Under the pieces are notes generated by a model. That model saw only the letters and a program-made list of their open reading frames with translations. It did no database searches and was not told where the DNA came from. A program made the translations under genes and the position numbers. Below, in pieces: positions 1 to 7,649 of a DNA stretch of 64,000 nucleotides. The DNA comes from Winogradskyella sp. (GTDB lineage Bacteria > Bacteroidota > Bacteroidia > Flavobacteriales > Flavobacteriaceae): contig NZ_JANQIM010000037.1 of NCBI RefSeq assembly GCF_028282165.1, forward strand, positions 33,982 to 97,981. Reading direction: 5' to 3'. Each line of letters starts with the position of its first letter. Position 1 is the stretch's first letter.

Positions 1-94
1 TTCTTTCTTCTAAATCAAGTGTTAAATAACCTCCAACACCAAAATATAAACCTATACTAAGCCAAAGTAAATAGGCAATTACTCTTAATATCAT
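1..94 (-). CDS. partial CDS, N-terminus of a small hydrophobic protein (continues past window start)
   Basis: Minus-strand ATG at 94-92 reads MILRVIAYLLWLSIGLYFGVGGYLTLDLEER... and stays open to the window edge. It is truncated, so it is absent from the ORF track. Confidence 0.3.
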   Translation of the reverse strand, partial: MILRVIAYLLWLSIGLYFGVGGYLTLDLEER

Positions 95-100
95 ACTTAT

Positions 101-1087
101 TCAATTAAATCCTTTGCACCCTTTTTTCGATGATAGTTCTTCCAACTTTTCCAACTCACCACAATGCTTTTTTTCATGATTAGAACAGCAATATATTTCT
201 GTAGACTTCCATCCCCATTCCTTTAAACTCTCATTACTTATAGCGTCATACTCTGCATTTTCAAACTTTTTCGCTATAGCTAAAGTAAACAAAGCCGTAT
301 CAAAATCACCTAGCTTCGCATAAATCAAAGCTTTTTGCCTCAGGTACCAAAAAGAAGGTTCCTCTGACAACTCAACAGCTTTATCAATCCATAACCTTGC
401 TTTTTCAATATCCTTTCCAATCGATAAATAGTAACTAGCAGCAGCATAATAATCTTCTCCACTAGGACTGTTCAAAGTCTCTTCAATACTGGCCTTTACT
501 TGGATATCGGTCTCTACCTTAAATGGGATACTTACATAGGTGTTTTCCCAAACAATAGCAATTTTTGCGCCATGTGATGAAACGTCGTCTATTCTAATAG
601 TGAAAGTATCTGTCTTAATGGGATAAAAGATGGATTCTACCCCAACACGTAGGGCTATTTGACTTTCATCATATTCACTAACTAAAGAGTTGCCTAAGTC
701 CTCATAGTTATTAGAGTTATCGGAGATATCCGAAGCCCCAAAATTTGTAGGGTCATTACAGAATATAATTTCCCAAGAGTCTTTGTTTGGTATGGCAAAT
801 ACACTATATGTTCCTATTTCTAACCTTTTATCTTTAATTATTAAGGGATTATCTATTACAATTTGAGTGATTTCATCTGCCCCTATTGCCCAGACTTTTC
901 CATATGGAATGTAGTCTCCAAACATAGTCCTTCCTTTTAATTGTGGTCTTGAGTAACGAATCGTAATATTAGTCAAACCAACAACCTGATTTAATTCTGA
1001 AGGAGGACTTTCCTTCGGAATTAAAACTTGGGCACTCAAATTTGAAAATATAAAAAGAGAAATTATTACAGTAATGTTCTTAGCCAT
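101..1087 (-). CDS. secreted DUF2911-like protein with C-terminal TPR-like repeats
   Basis: 328-aa ORF with a signal peptide (IISLFIFSNLSAQ). The block GRTMFGDYIPYGKVWAIGADE...GTYSVFAIPNKDSWEIIF matches my memory of the DUF2911 family. The C-terminus has helical repeats (YYAAASYYLSIGKDIEKARLWIDKAVE). Confidence 0.6.
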   Translation of the reverse strand: MAKNITVIISLFIFSNLSAQVLIPKESPPSELNQVVGLTNITIRYSRPQLKGRTMFGDYIPYGKVWAIGADEITQIVIDNPLIIKDKRLEIGTYSVFAIPNKDSWEIIFCNDPTNFGASDISDNSNNYEDLGNSLVSEYDESQIALRVGVESIFYPIKTDTFTIRIDDVSSHGAKIAIVWENTYVSIPFKVETDIQVKASIEETLNSPSGEDYYAAASYYLSIGKDIEKARLWIDKAVELSEEPSFWYLRQKALIYAKLGDFDTALFTLAIAKKFENAEYDAISNESLKEWGWKSTEIYCCSNHEKKHCGELEKLEELSSKKGCKGFN

Positions 1088-1317
1088 TTTTAAATAGTTG
1101 GATCGGTTAAATCAATTAATAAGCTGGAAAACAGGATATTTAAACAAACATATTCTAAATGTATTAATATTACTTTTGAAAACAAATTAAATAATCTCAG
1201 AAATAAAACTGAGTCTTTAGTAATTAACTGTTATATCTGAGAAATTTTCATATTTATATCTGTTTAATTGAAAATTAAAAATACCCAAACGAAGGTAGAC
1301 CTTAATGACAGAAAAAC

Positions 1318-1341
1318 CAATACGTAGAACTACGTAATTTT
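1318..1341. repeat. conserved palindrome-containing motif caaTACGTAGAACTACGTAatttt, copy 1 of 2
   Basis: 19 nt (caatacgtagaactacgta) are identical to 29053-29071. The core is TACGTAG-AA-CTACGTA, equivalently two TACGTA palindromes 10 bp apart. Confidence 0.6.
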
Positions 1342-1346
1342 CGAGC

Positions 1347-1375
1347 AAAAAAAATCCCAAGCCAGAAGCTCGGGA
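1347..1375 (-). terminator. putative rho-independent terminator of the ferredoxin gene
   Basis: Stem tcccaagc/gctcggga (one mismatch) with a 5-nt loop, followed on the minus strand by a T-run (the plus-strand A-run at 1347-1354). It lies 26 nt downstream of the stop at 1401. Confidence 0.5.
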
Positions 1376-1400
1376 CTATTATTCATTAATAATTATTAAT

Positions 1401-1754
1401 TTAATCATCTGGATGCATAAAACGTTGTTTCCCTAACAATTCCTCTTCTGTTTCTACAACATTTTCATCGGGCACACAGCAATCCACTGGACAAACCGCT
1501 GCACACTGTGGTTCTTCATGGAAGCCCATACATTCTGTACACTTATCGGGAGCAATGTAATACACCTCGTCGCTGATGGGCTCTTGTGTTTCGTCAGCAT
1601 CCACTTCTTTACCGTTGGGCAAGACCACTTTTCCTTTTAGGCTTGTACCATCAGAATAACGCCAATCGTCAGCACCCTCATAAATAGCAGTATTTGGGCA
1701 TTCTGGTTCACAAGCACCACAATTAATACATTCGTCTGTAATTATGATAGCCAT
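1401..1754 (-). CDS. 4Fe-4S ferredoxin (2x[4Fe-4S]-type with insert)
   Basis: 117 aa with [12 protein letters not shown] and CTECMGF...[10 protein letters not shown] cysteine motifs. Confidence 0.9.
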   Translation of the reverse strand: MAIIITDECINCGACEPECPNTAIYEGADDWRYSDGTSLKGKVVLPNGKEVDADETQEPISDEVYYIAPDKCTECMGFHEEPQCAAVCPVDCCVPDENVVETEEELLGKQRFMHPDD

Positions 1755-1777
1755 CGTAATTTTTCTTTTTTATTGCG

Positions 1778-1785
1778 TAATTTTG
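1778..1785 (+). promoter_or_regulatory. Bacteroidota -7 promoter element (TAATTTTG = TAnnTTTG)
   Basis: Exact match to TAnnTTTG, 42 nt upstream of the ATG at 1827. It lies inside the TTG-initiated extension of the ORF-track call, which argues for the downstream start. Confidence 0.4.
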
Positions 1786-1826
1786 CATTTGCAAAAATAA
1801 AGCCTAAAGCGCTTTTTACCAAATAC

Positions 1827-2888
1827 ATGATGGATTTACAACAAAGAATTAACGCTTTCGCAAAATTAGGCGCTTTTTTTAGTCAATTTTCTAATGATGG
1901 CATTCAAAAAAAAGACCATATCGAAGCCAACGACTTATTCTTTGAAGGTTTTAAGCATCAAATAAAACTGGCCAAGGAACATAATGGTTGGTTTACCGAA
2001 GCCAATGTATTATTCAGTCTAGAATCTTGGACCCAAGTATTAACCAATGAACACTTACAGCGATGGGCAAAAAATTATCACTTTAAAGGTGTTGAATCAA
2101 AGACCGTTGGCATCATTATGGCTGGCAATATTCCGTTGGTTGGATTTCACGATTTTTTATCTGTACTGATGAGTGGACATAAGGTTTTAGTAAAGCAATC
2201 GTCTAACGATAAGCATCTTCTCCCATTTTTAGCTAAATATTTGGAAGTGGTTGAACCTGAATTTAAAGGTAATATCACCTTCACTGAAGATAAGCTCGAA
2301 GATTTTGATGCTGTTATTGCCACAGGAAGTGATAACACCGCACGCTATTTTGAGTACTATTTCAAAAATAAGCCATCCATCATTAGAAAGAATAGAAATT
2401 CAGTAGCTGTACTCCATGGCGATGAGACCAAAACACAGCTTGAAGCGTTGTCTGACGATATTTTTAGATACTATGGTTTGGGTTGCAGAAACGTTTCAAA
2501 ACTATTTGTCCCTAAAGACTATAACTTTGACGCCTTCTTTAATGCGGTTTACAAATGGCATCCCGTGATTCACGAGACAAAATATGCTAACAACTACGAC
2601 TATAATAAAGCTGTATATTTGATGAGTGAATTTGATATGTTAGAAAATGGCTTTTTAATGTTGAAAGAAGATCAAAGTTACGCCTCACCTATCGCCACCT
2701 TATTCTACGAATTTTATGATTCCAAAACCGATTTAGAGCTTAAATTAGCAGCAGATATCAATCATATACAATGTATTGTTGCTGATGGTTTTGTAAAGCA
2801 TGAAGTCGCCTTTGGAGAAACGCAAAAACCACAACTTTGGGATTATGCCGATGATGTTGATACTGTTGAATTCCTGTTAAAAATTTGA
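1827..2888 (+). CDS. LuxC-like acyl-CoA reductase family protein
   Basis: ORF track gives 1773..2888 from a TTG; I prefer the ATG at 1827 (MMDLQQRINAF...). Length and motifs (GNIPLVGFHDFL, ATGSDNTARYFEYYF, GLGCRNVSKLFVP) match the acyl-CoA reductase commonly found next to ferredoxin and serC in Flavobacteriia. Confidence 0.65.
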   Translation: MMDLQQRINAFAKLGAFFSQFSNDGIQKKDHIEANDLFFEGFKHQIKLAKEHNGWFTEANVLFSLESWTQVLTNEHLQRWAKNYHFKGVESKTVGIIMAGNIPLVGFHDFLSVLMSGHKVLVKQSSNDKHLLPFLAKYLEVVEPEFKGNITFTEDKLEDFDAVIATGSDNTARYFEYYFKNKPSIIRKNRNSVAVLHGDETKTQLEALSDDIFRYYGLGCRNVSKLFVPKDYNFDAFFNAVYKWHPVIHETKYANNYDYNKAVYLMSEFDMLENGFLMLKEDQSYASPIATLFYEFYDSKTDLELKLAADINHIQCIVADGFVKHEVAFGETQKPQLWDYADDVDTVEFLLKI

Positions 2889-3004
2889 TTCAAAAATTAT
2901 CAATTTATTAATGTATTATACCCAATAAATTAGCACCTTTGTAGCTGTTTAAAAAATGACGTTCAGGGTCATGATAACAAGATCCCGAAATAAATTCAGA
3001 TAAA

Positions 3005-4066
3005 ATGAAAAAACATAATTTTAGTGCAGGACCATGTGTATTACCCAAATCAGTAATGGAGAAAGCTGCGGAAGCCGTAATCAACTATGACAATGGTTTG
3101 TCGCTCATTGAAATTTCGCATCGCAGCAAACCTTTTGTTGATATCATGGAAAATGCAAGATCCTTGGCCTTAGAGCTTTTAGGTCTTGAGGGTAAAGGTT
3201 ATAAAGCCTTATTCTTACAAGGCGGTGCAAGTACACAATTTTTAATGGTCGCCTTAAACCTTTTAGAAAAAAGAGCTGGTTACCTTAATACTGGTACTTG
3301 GAGTGACAAGGCGATAAAAGAAGCTAGAATTTATGATGACATTTATGAAGTAGCATCCTCTAAGAGTGCAAACTTTAACTACATTCCAAAAGGGTATGAC
3401 ATTCCTGAGGATTATGATTATTTCCACTGTACATCCAACAATACCATTTTTGGAACGCAAATGAAGCGTTTCCCTAACTCACCAATTCCAATGGTATGCG
3501 ATATGAGTAGTGATATCTTTTCGCGTCAATTAGACTTTTCACAATTCGATCTTATTTACGCAGGTGCACAAAAGAATATGGGCCCAGCAGGTACAACGCT
3601 TGTAGTGGTAAAAGAAGATATCTTAGGAAAAGTGTCGCGTAAGATTCCATCAATGATGGACTATAAAATACACATCAATAAAGGTAGTATGTTTAATACA
3701 CCTCCTGTATTTGCGGTTTACGTATCTATGCTTACCATGCAATGGCTAAAGGATAAAGGAGGTATTAAAGCTATAGAAGAAGAAAACGAAAAGAAAGCAC
3801 GTTTAATCTATTCTGAGATAGACTTAAACCCACTGTTTAAAGGTTATGCTGTAAAAGAAGATCGTTCTCATATGAATGCAACATTCACTTTAGAAAATGA
3901 AAATCTTAAAGAAACCTTCGATGCCATGTGGAAAGAAGCCGGTATTAATGGCCTAAATGGACACAGAAGTGTCGGTGGCTACAGAGCATCGATGTACAAT
4001 GCGCTAACATTAGATAGTGTGAAGGTACTTGTGGAAGTGATGAGCGAATTAGAAAGTAAAGCGTAA
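3005..4066 (+). CDS. serC: phosphoserine aminotransferase
   Basis: 353 aa with MKKHNFSAGPCVLP..., FLQGGASTQF and YAGAQKNMGPAGTT (PLP-lysine region), typical of SerC. It is followed by the dehydrogenase gene. Confidence 0.9.
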   Translation: MKKHNFSAGPCVLPKSVMEKAAEAVINYDNGLSLIEISHRSKPFVDIMENARSLALELLGLEGKGYKALFLQGGASTQFLMVALNLLEKRAGYLNTGTWSDKAIKEARIYDDIYEVASSKSANFNYIPKGYDIPEDYDYFHCTSNNTIFGTQMKRFPNSPIPMVCDMSSDIFSRQLDFSQFDLIYAGAQKNMGPAGTTLVVVKEDILGKVSRKIPSMMDYKIHINKGSMFNTPPVFAVYVSMLTMQWLKDKGGIKAIEEENEKKARLIYSEIDLNPLFKGYAVKEDRSHMNATFTLENENLKETFDAMWKEAGINGLNGHRSVGGYRASMYNALTLDSVKVLVEVMSELESKA

Positions 4067-4071
4067 ATCAC

Positions 4072-4147
4072 AATTCCTGGGTTGGTCAGGTCACTGTACG
4101 TGGTTATTGAGCGAAGTCAAAATATAGTCGAAGTATAACCAGGAATT
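4072..4147. repeat. REP-like long hairpin element in the serC-serA gap
   Basis: Arms aattcctgg(g)tt (4072-4083) and aaccaggaatt (4137-4147) enclose about 50 nt that contain gcgaagtc/gtcgaagt sub-repeats. Confidence 0.5.
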
Positions 4148-4177
4148 CCAAAGTAATTAGCAAGTAAAAATAAATAG

Positions 4178-4197
4178 ATTCCCACTTTCGCGGGAAT
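4178..4197. repeat. REP-like short hairpin (attcccacTTTCgcgggaat)
   Basis: 7-bp stem (one mismatch) with a tetraloop. Same family as 42591-42610 and 42623-42642. It contains the first ATG of the ORF-track call. Confidence 0.5.
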
Positions 4198-4213
4198 GAC
4201 AAAAAAGGAAAAA

Positions 4214-5164
4214 ATGAAAGTATTAGCAAACGACGGTGTTTCACAAAGTGGTATCAACACTTTAGAAGCTGCAGGATATGAAGTTATCACTACCAATGTA
4301 GCACAAGAACAACTTCAAAATTATATCAATGATAATGGCGTAACAGTACTTCTTGTGCGAAGTGCTACCAAAGTTAGAAAAGACATTATTGACAATTGTC
4401 CAAGTCTTAAAATCATTGGTCGTGGTGGTGTTGGTATGGACAACATCGATGTAGCATATGCAAGGGAAAAAGGCCTGCATGTTATTAATACACCCGCAGC
4501 ATCTTCGCACTCCGTTGCGGAATTGGTTTTTGGTCATTTTTATGGTCTAGCACGGTTTTTACATAAATCTAACCGAGACATGCCTTTAGAAGGTGATGCC
4601 AACTTTAAAGGTTTAAAGAAAGCCTATGCAAAAGGAACGGAATTAAAAGGAAAAATCCTTGGCGTGATTGGTTTTGGTCGTATTGGTCAAGCCACGGCCA
4701 AAATAGGAATTGGAGCAGGAATGAAAGTTGTGGCCTACGATCCATTCATAGAAAAAGCCAATCTTGAATTGGAATTCTTTGACGGTCAAAAAGTGAGTTT
4801 TGAGATCGATACCATTTCTAAGGAAGAGGTTTTAAAACAAGCCGACTTTTTAACATTGCATGTTCCGGCACAAAAAGATTATGTTATTGATGAGACTGAC
4901 TTCAACGCTATGAAAGATGGTGTTATTATTGCCAATGCTGCACGTGGTGGCGTAGTCAATGAAGTAGCACTAGTAAAAGCTATTGAAAGTGGTAAAGTCG
5001 CAAGAGCTGCTTTGGATGTTTTTGAAAAAGAGCCAAAACCCGAAATTCAATTATTAATGAATTCTGCACTGTCACTAACACCGCATACGGGCGCGGCGAC
5101 AAATGAAGCGCAAGATAGAATTGGCGTGGAACTTGCAGACCAAATCATTAGTATTTTGGGATAA
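4214..5164 (+). CDS. serA: D-3-phosphoglycerate dehydrogenase-like 2-hydroxyacid dehydrogenase
   Basis: The track ORF starts at 4196 inside the REP hairpin; MKVLANDG at 4214 is the likelier start. It has an NAD-binding GVIGFGRIGQ motif and a D-isomer dehydrogenase signature, and sits next to serC. Confidence 0.8.
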   Translation: MKVLANDGVSQSGINTLEAAGYEVITTNVAQEQLQNYINDNGVTVLLVRSATKVRKDIIDNCPSLKIIGRGGVGMDNIDVAYAREKGLHVINTPAASSHSVAELVFGHFYGLARFLHKSNRDMPLEGDANFKGLKKAYAKGTELKGKILGVIGFGRIGQATAKIGIGAGMKVVAYDPFIEKANLELEFFDGQKVSFEIDTISKEEVLKQADFLTLHVPAQKDYVIDETDFNAMKDGVIIANAARGGVVNEVALVKAIESGKVARAALDVFEKEPKPEIQLLMNSALSLTPHTGAATNEAQDRIGVELADQIISILG

Positions 5165-5199
5165 ATAAGTTCTAAAATGTGACCAAATTAAAATAAATG

Positions 5200-5227
5200 A
5201 GTCCTACATATGCTAGGACTTTTTTTT
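5200..5227 (+). terminator. rho-independent terminator after serA
   Basis: agtccta-catatgc-taggact stem-loop followed by TTTTTTT. Confidence 0.7.
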
Positions 5228-5274
5228 GTACCTTATGAATGCTAAATTTTATTAACCTTAATACATAAAAAACA

Positions 5275-5922
5275 ATGGAAGGAATCTTGGATTTATTAAA
5301 TAGTGACATAGGAAAAACAATCATTAGTGGTGTTTCTGGATCTACAGGAACAGACCAAAACAAAACAGGAAACGTATTAACAATGGCATTACCTGTACTC
5401 ATGAAAGCTATGGAACGAAATGCCTCTACACCAGAAGGTGCACAAGGGCTTATGGGCGCATTAAACAATAAGCACGATGGGAGTATTTTAGACAACCTTA
5501 GTGGTTTATTTGGTGGCGGCGTTGATGAGACAGTAACTACTGATGGTGATAAGATTCTTGGACATGTATTAGGAGGAAGACGTCAAGGCGTAGAACAAGT
5601 AATTGGGCAAAAAGCCGGTATCGATGCAGGTTCTGTTGGAAATATTTTAAAAATTGCTGCACCTATACTAATGGGAATGTTAGGTAAACAGTCACGACAA
5701 AACAATGTGAGTTCCCAAAGTGATCTAACAGGCTTATTAGGAGGTTTATTAGGTGGTGCAAGCCAGAGTGGCCCAGTGACTAGAGAGCAAACATTTTTAG
5801 AACAAGTATTAGACTCTGATGGTGATGGGAGTGTTATTGATGATGTTGCCGGAATGGTATTAGGTGGTAGTAAGAATAAAGGTGGTCTAGGCGGTCTTTT
5901 AGGCGGCTTATTTGGAAAATAA
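5275..5922 (+). CDS. DUF937-like Gly-rich protein
   Basis: 215 aa with repeated LLGGLLGG and Gly-rich segments. The N-terminus LDLLNSDIGKTIISGVSG resembles DUF937 as I recall it. Confidence 0.55.
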   Translation: MEGILDLLNSDIGKTIISGVSGSTGTDQNKTGNVLTMALPVLMKAMERNASTPEGAQGLMGALNNKHDGSILDNLSGLFGGGVDETVTTDGDKILGHVLGGRRQGVEQVIGQKAGIDAGSVGNILKIAAPILMGMLGKQSRQNNVSSQSDLTGLLGGLLGGASQSGPVTREQTFLEQVLDSDGDGSVIDDVAGMVLGGSKNKGGLGGLLGGLFGK

Positions 5923-5946
5923 GCAGAACTTCAAATATTTAATGAA

Positions 5947-5974
5947 AGCAGCTCATGGAGCTGCTTTTCGTTTT
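5947..5974 (+). terminator. rho-independent terminator
   Basis: agcagctc-atg-gagctgct stem followed by tttcgtttt. Confidence 0.6.
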
Positions 5975-6099
5975 AGAAAGCTTTAAAACCATATCATTAC
6001 CTAATTCATAAACGGTTTTTACTCATTTTAACTACTAAGACACATTGCGAATACGTTATTTTACAGTACTAAACATAAATTATTTGTATCTTTATTATC

Positions 6100-6537
6100 A
6101 TGAAAAAGCTTATTCCGTTTGCAATACTCATTGTATTAATTGCCAGTTGTAAATCATATACGCCCAGTCAGACCATAGACCACGGTGATGAAAATGCCTT
6201 GGTAGAAAATGATACGGTATCTATTAGCAGTGACGAAACCGATTATGAAATTATAATCATTGAGCCTGGTTTTAGAGGCTGGTTAGAAACTATTGCAAGA
6301 CCAAGAGGATTTCATTCACAGCGCTATTTAGAAGATAGAAATATCTTTCTTGTGCAATCATGGAACCAGAGAAACCTCCAACCACATGTTTTTGACCCAA
6401 ATTTGTATGTATTTCGTATAGATTACGATTCGCGCACAGATTATGGCTACGAAGTCAACTATCTATTGTACAATTACTTTTTATATTTTCAACTTAAATA
6501 TAAACAACAATTAACATCCATCATTCCTAGAATTTAG
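6100..6537 (+). CDS. lipoprotein of unknown function
   Basis: 145 aa with a lipobox (LIASC). Possibly the DUF6146 family, from memory only. Confidence 0.6.
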   Translation: MKKLIPFAILIVLIASCKSYTPSQTIDHGDENALVENDTVSISSDETDYEIIIIEPGFRGWLETIARPRGFHSQRYLEDRNIFLVQSWNQRNLQPHVFDPNLYVFRIDYDSRTDYGYEVNYLLYNYFLYFQLKYKQQLTSIIPRI

Positions 6538-6703
6538 CTTAACTTTGCAGCACTTTTATAGTGTATGAAATGGGCACAAACTAAATTTAATTTCTTACTT
6601 GCTAACCGGAAAGATTAAATTTTTTGTGATAAAGCGCAGCGGTTGATCTAAGTAGAAAATTTTTATTCGCTTCATTTCTAATGAAATAGAAATTTTCAAA
6701 TAG

Positions 6704-7198
6704 ATGAAAAAATTTAAGGAAAATTGGGAAATACAACATAATTGGCAACTGCTATTTCCACTTTTAGGTCTTTTGGGTCTAGGGTATTCTGCCTACAAAT
6801 TGTCTAATGCACTATTTCAAAAATTCGGTTTATCAATAGTTATTATACTATCAGTTCTACTTTTTTTTGGTTTATTAACCGTTACCCTTAAATTGTTTAA
6901 ATGGCTAGAAAAACGTTGGATTCTTCAATACCGTTGGGAAATGATACGTGTATTTATCGTATTTGCCATAACCGGATCGACCTCTATGTATGTAGGACGA
7001 CCCATTATGAAATGGATCGGAATTACTAAAGACAATCTACATCCATTACTTTATTGGATACTATTTATTATCATCAGTCTTATTTTTTATCAAATTCTTT
7101 TAGTTACTTTTGGTTGGCTGTTTGGTCAACATAAGTTTTTCTGGGAATTTGAAAAGAAAATACTAAGAAGATTCAGCCTCATTAAAGATGAAAATTAA
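6704..7198 (+). CDS. integral membrane protein, unknown function
   Basis: 164 aa with about 4 predicted TM helices. Confidence 0.55.
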   Translation: MKKFKENWEIQHNWQLLFPLLGLLGLGYSAYKLSNALFQKFGLSIVIILSVLLFFGLLTVTLKLFKWLEKRWILQYRWEMIRVFIVFAITGSTSMYVGRPIMKWIGITKDNLHPLLYWILFIIISLIFYQILLVTFGWLFGQHKFFWEFEKKILRRFSLIKDEN

Positions 7199-7232
7199 GA
7201 TTTTCTTAACATTGTTAGTTTAGGATAATATC

Positions 7233-7240
7233 TAGGTTTG
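7233..7240 (+). promoter_or_regulatory. candidate -7 element TAGGTTTG
   Basis: Exact TAnnTTTG match. It ends only 11 nt before the ATG at 7252, so the leader would be very short. Confidence 0.3.
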
Positions 7241-7251
7241 CCCAAGATTGC

Positions 7252-7596
7252 ATGAAGAACATTTTTATAAAGATAATAGCGCTCTTTTTTTTATCAATAT
7301 TACTTACCAGTAATGTTCTAAATCTTCACGTCTACCTTCACGAACATGAGCAACATCAATGTTTTGCAGACTCTGATGAAAATCATGAAGATGAAGAAAA
7401 CACACCTTGTGAATTATGCCTCTTAGTTCTAAATCTCAACAGTTTAGACTACAACAACAGCTTAGAGTTTTCATACAAAAGTGATATACCATTAATTAAT
7501 AACTTCAGAAAAGACCATCTGGTTTACCAAAAACTTAATTACGACCAACTTTTTTCTGAACATCATAGGAACAAAGCCCCTCCTCACCTTATCTAA
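7252..7596 (+). CDS. small secreted His/Cys/acidic-rich protein, unknown function
   Basis: 114 aa with a signal/TM segment, then HVYLHEHEQHQCFADSDENHEDEENTPCELC. It sits directly upstream of the TonB-dependent receptor. Confidence 0.5.
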   Translation: MKNIFIKIIALFFLSILLTSNVLNLHVYLHEHEQHQCFADSDENHEDEENTPCELCLLVLNLNSLDYNNSLEFSYKSDIPLINNFRKDHLVYQKLNYDQLFSEHHRNKAPPHLI

Positions 7597-7649
7597 TACG
7601 TCAAAAAATTAGTAAATAGATTAGTAATAGGGATATTATAAATAAGTAA

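Noticed and set aside
1773-1826. TTG-initiated 18-codon extension of the LuxC-like gene
   Set aside because: The extension contains an exact TAnnTTTG promoter element, and the conserved-looking protein begins at the ATG at 1827.
5172-5495. 107-aa minus-strand ORF overlapping the start of the DUF937-like gene and the serA terminator
   Set aside because: It is antisense to a better-supported gene, spans a terminator hairpin and has no recognisable features.
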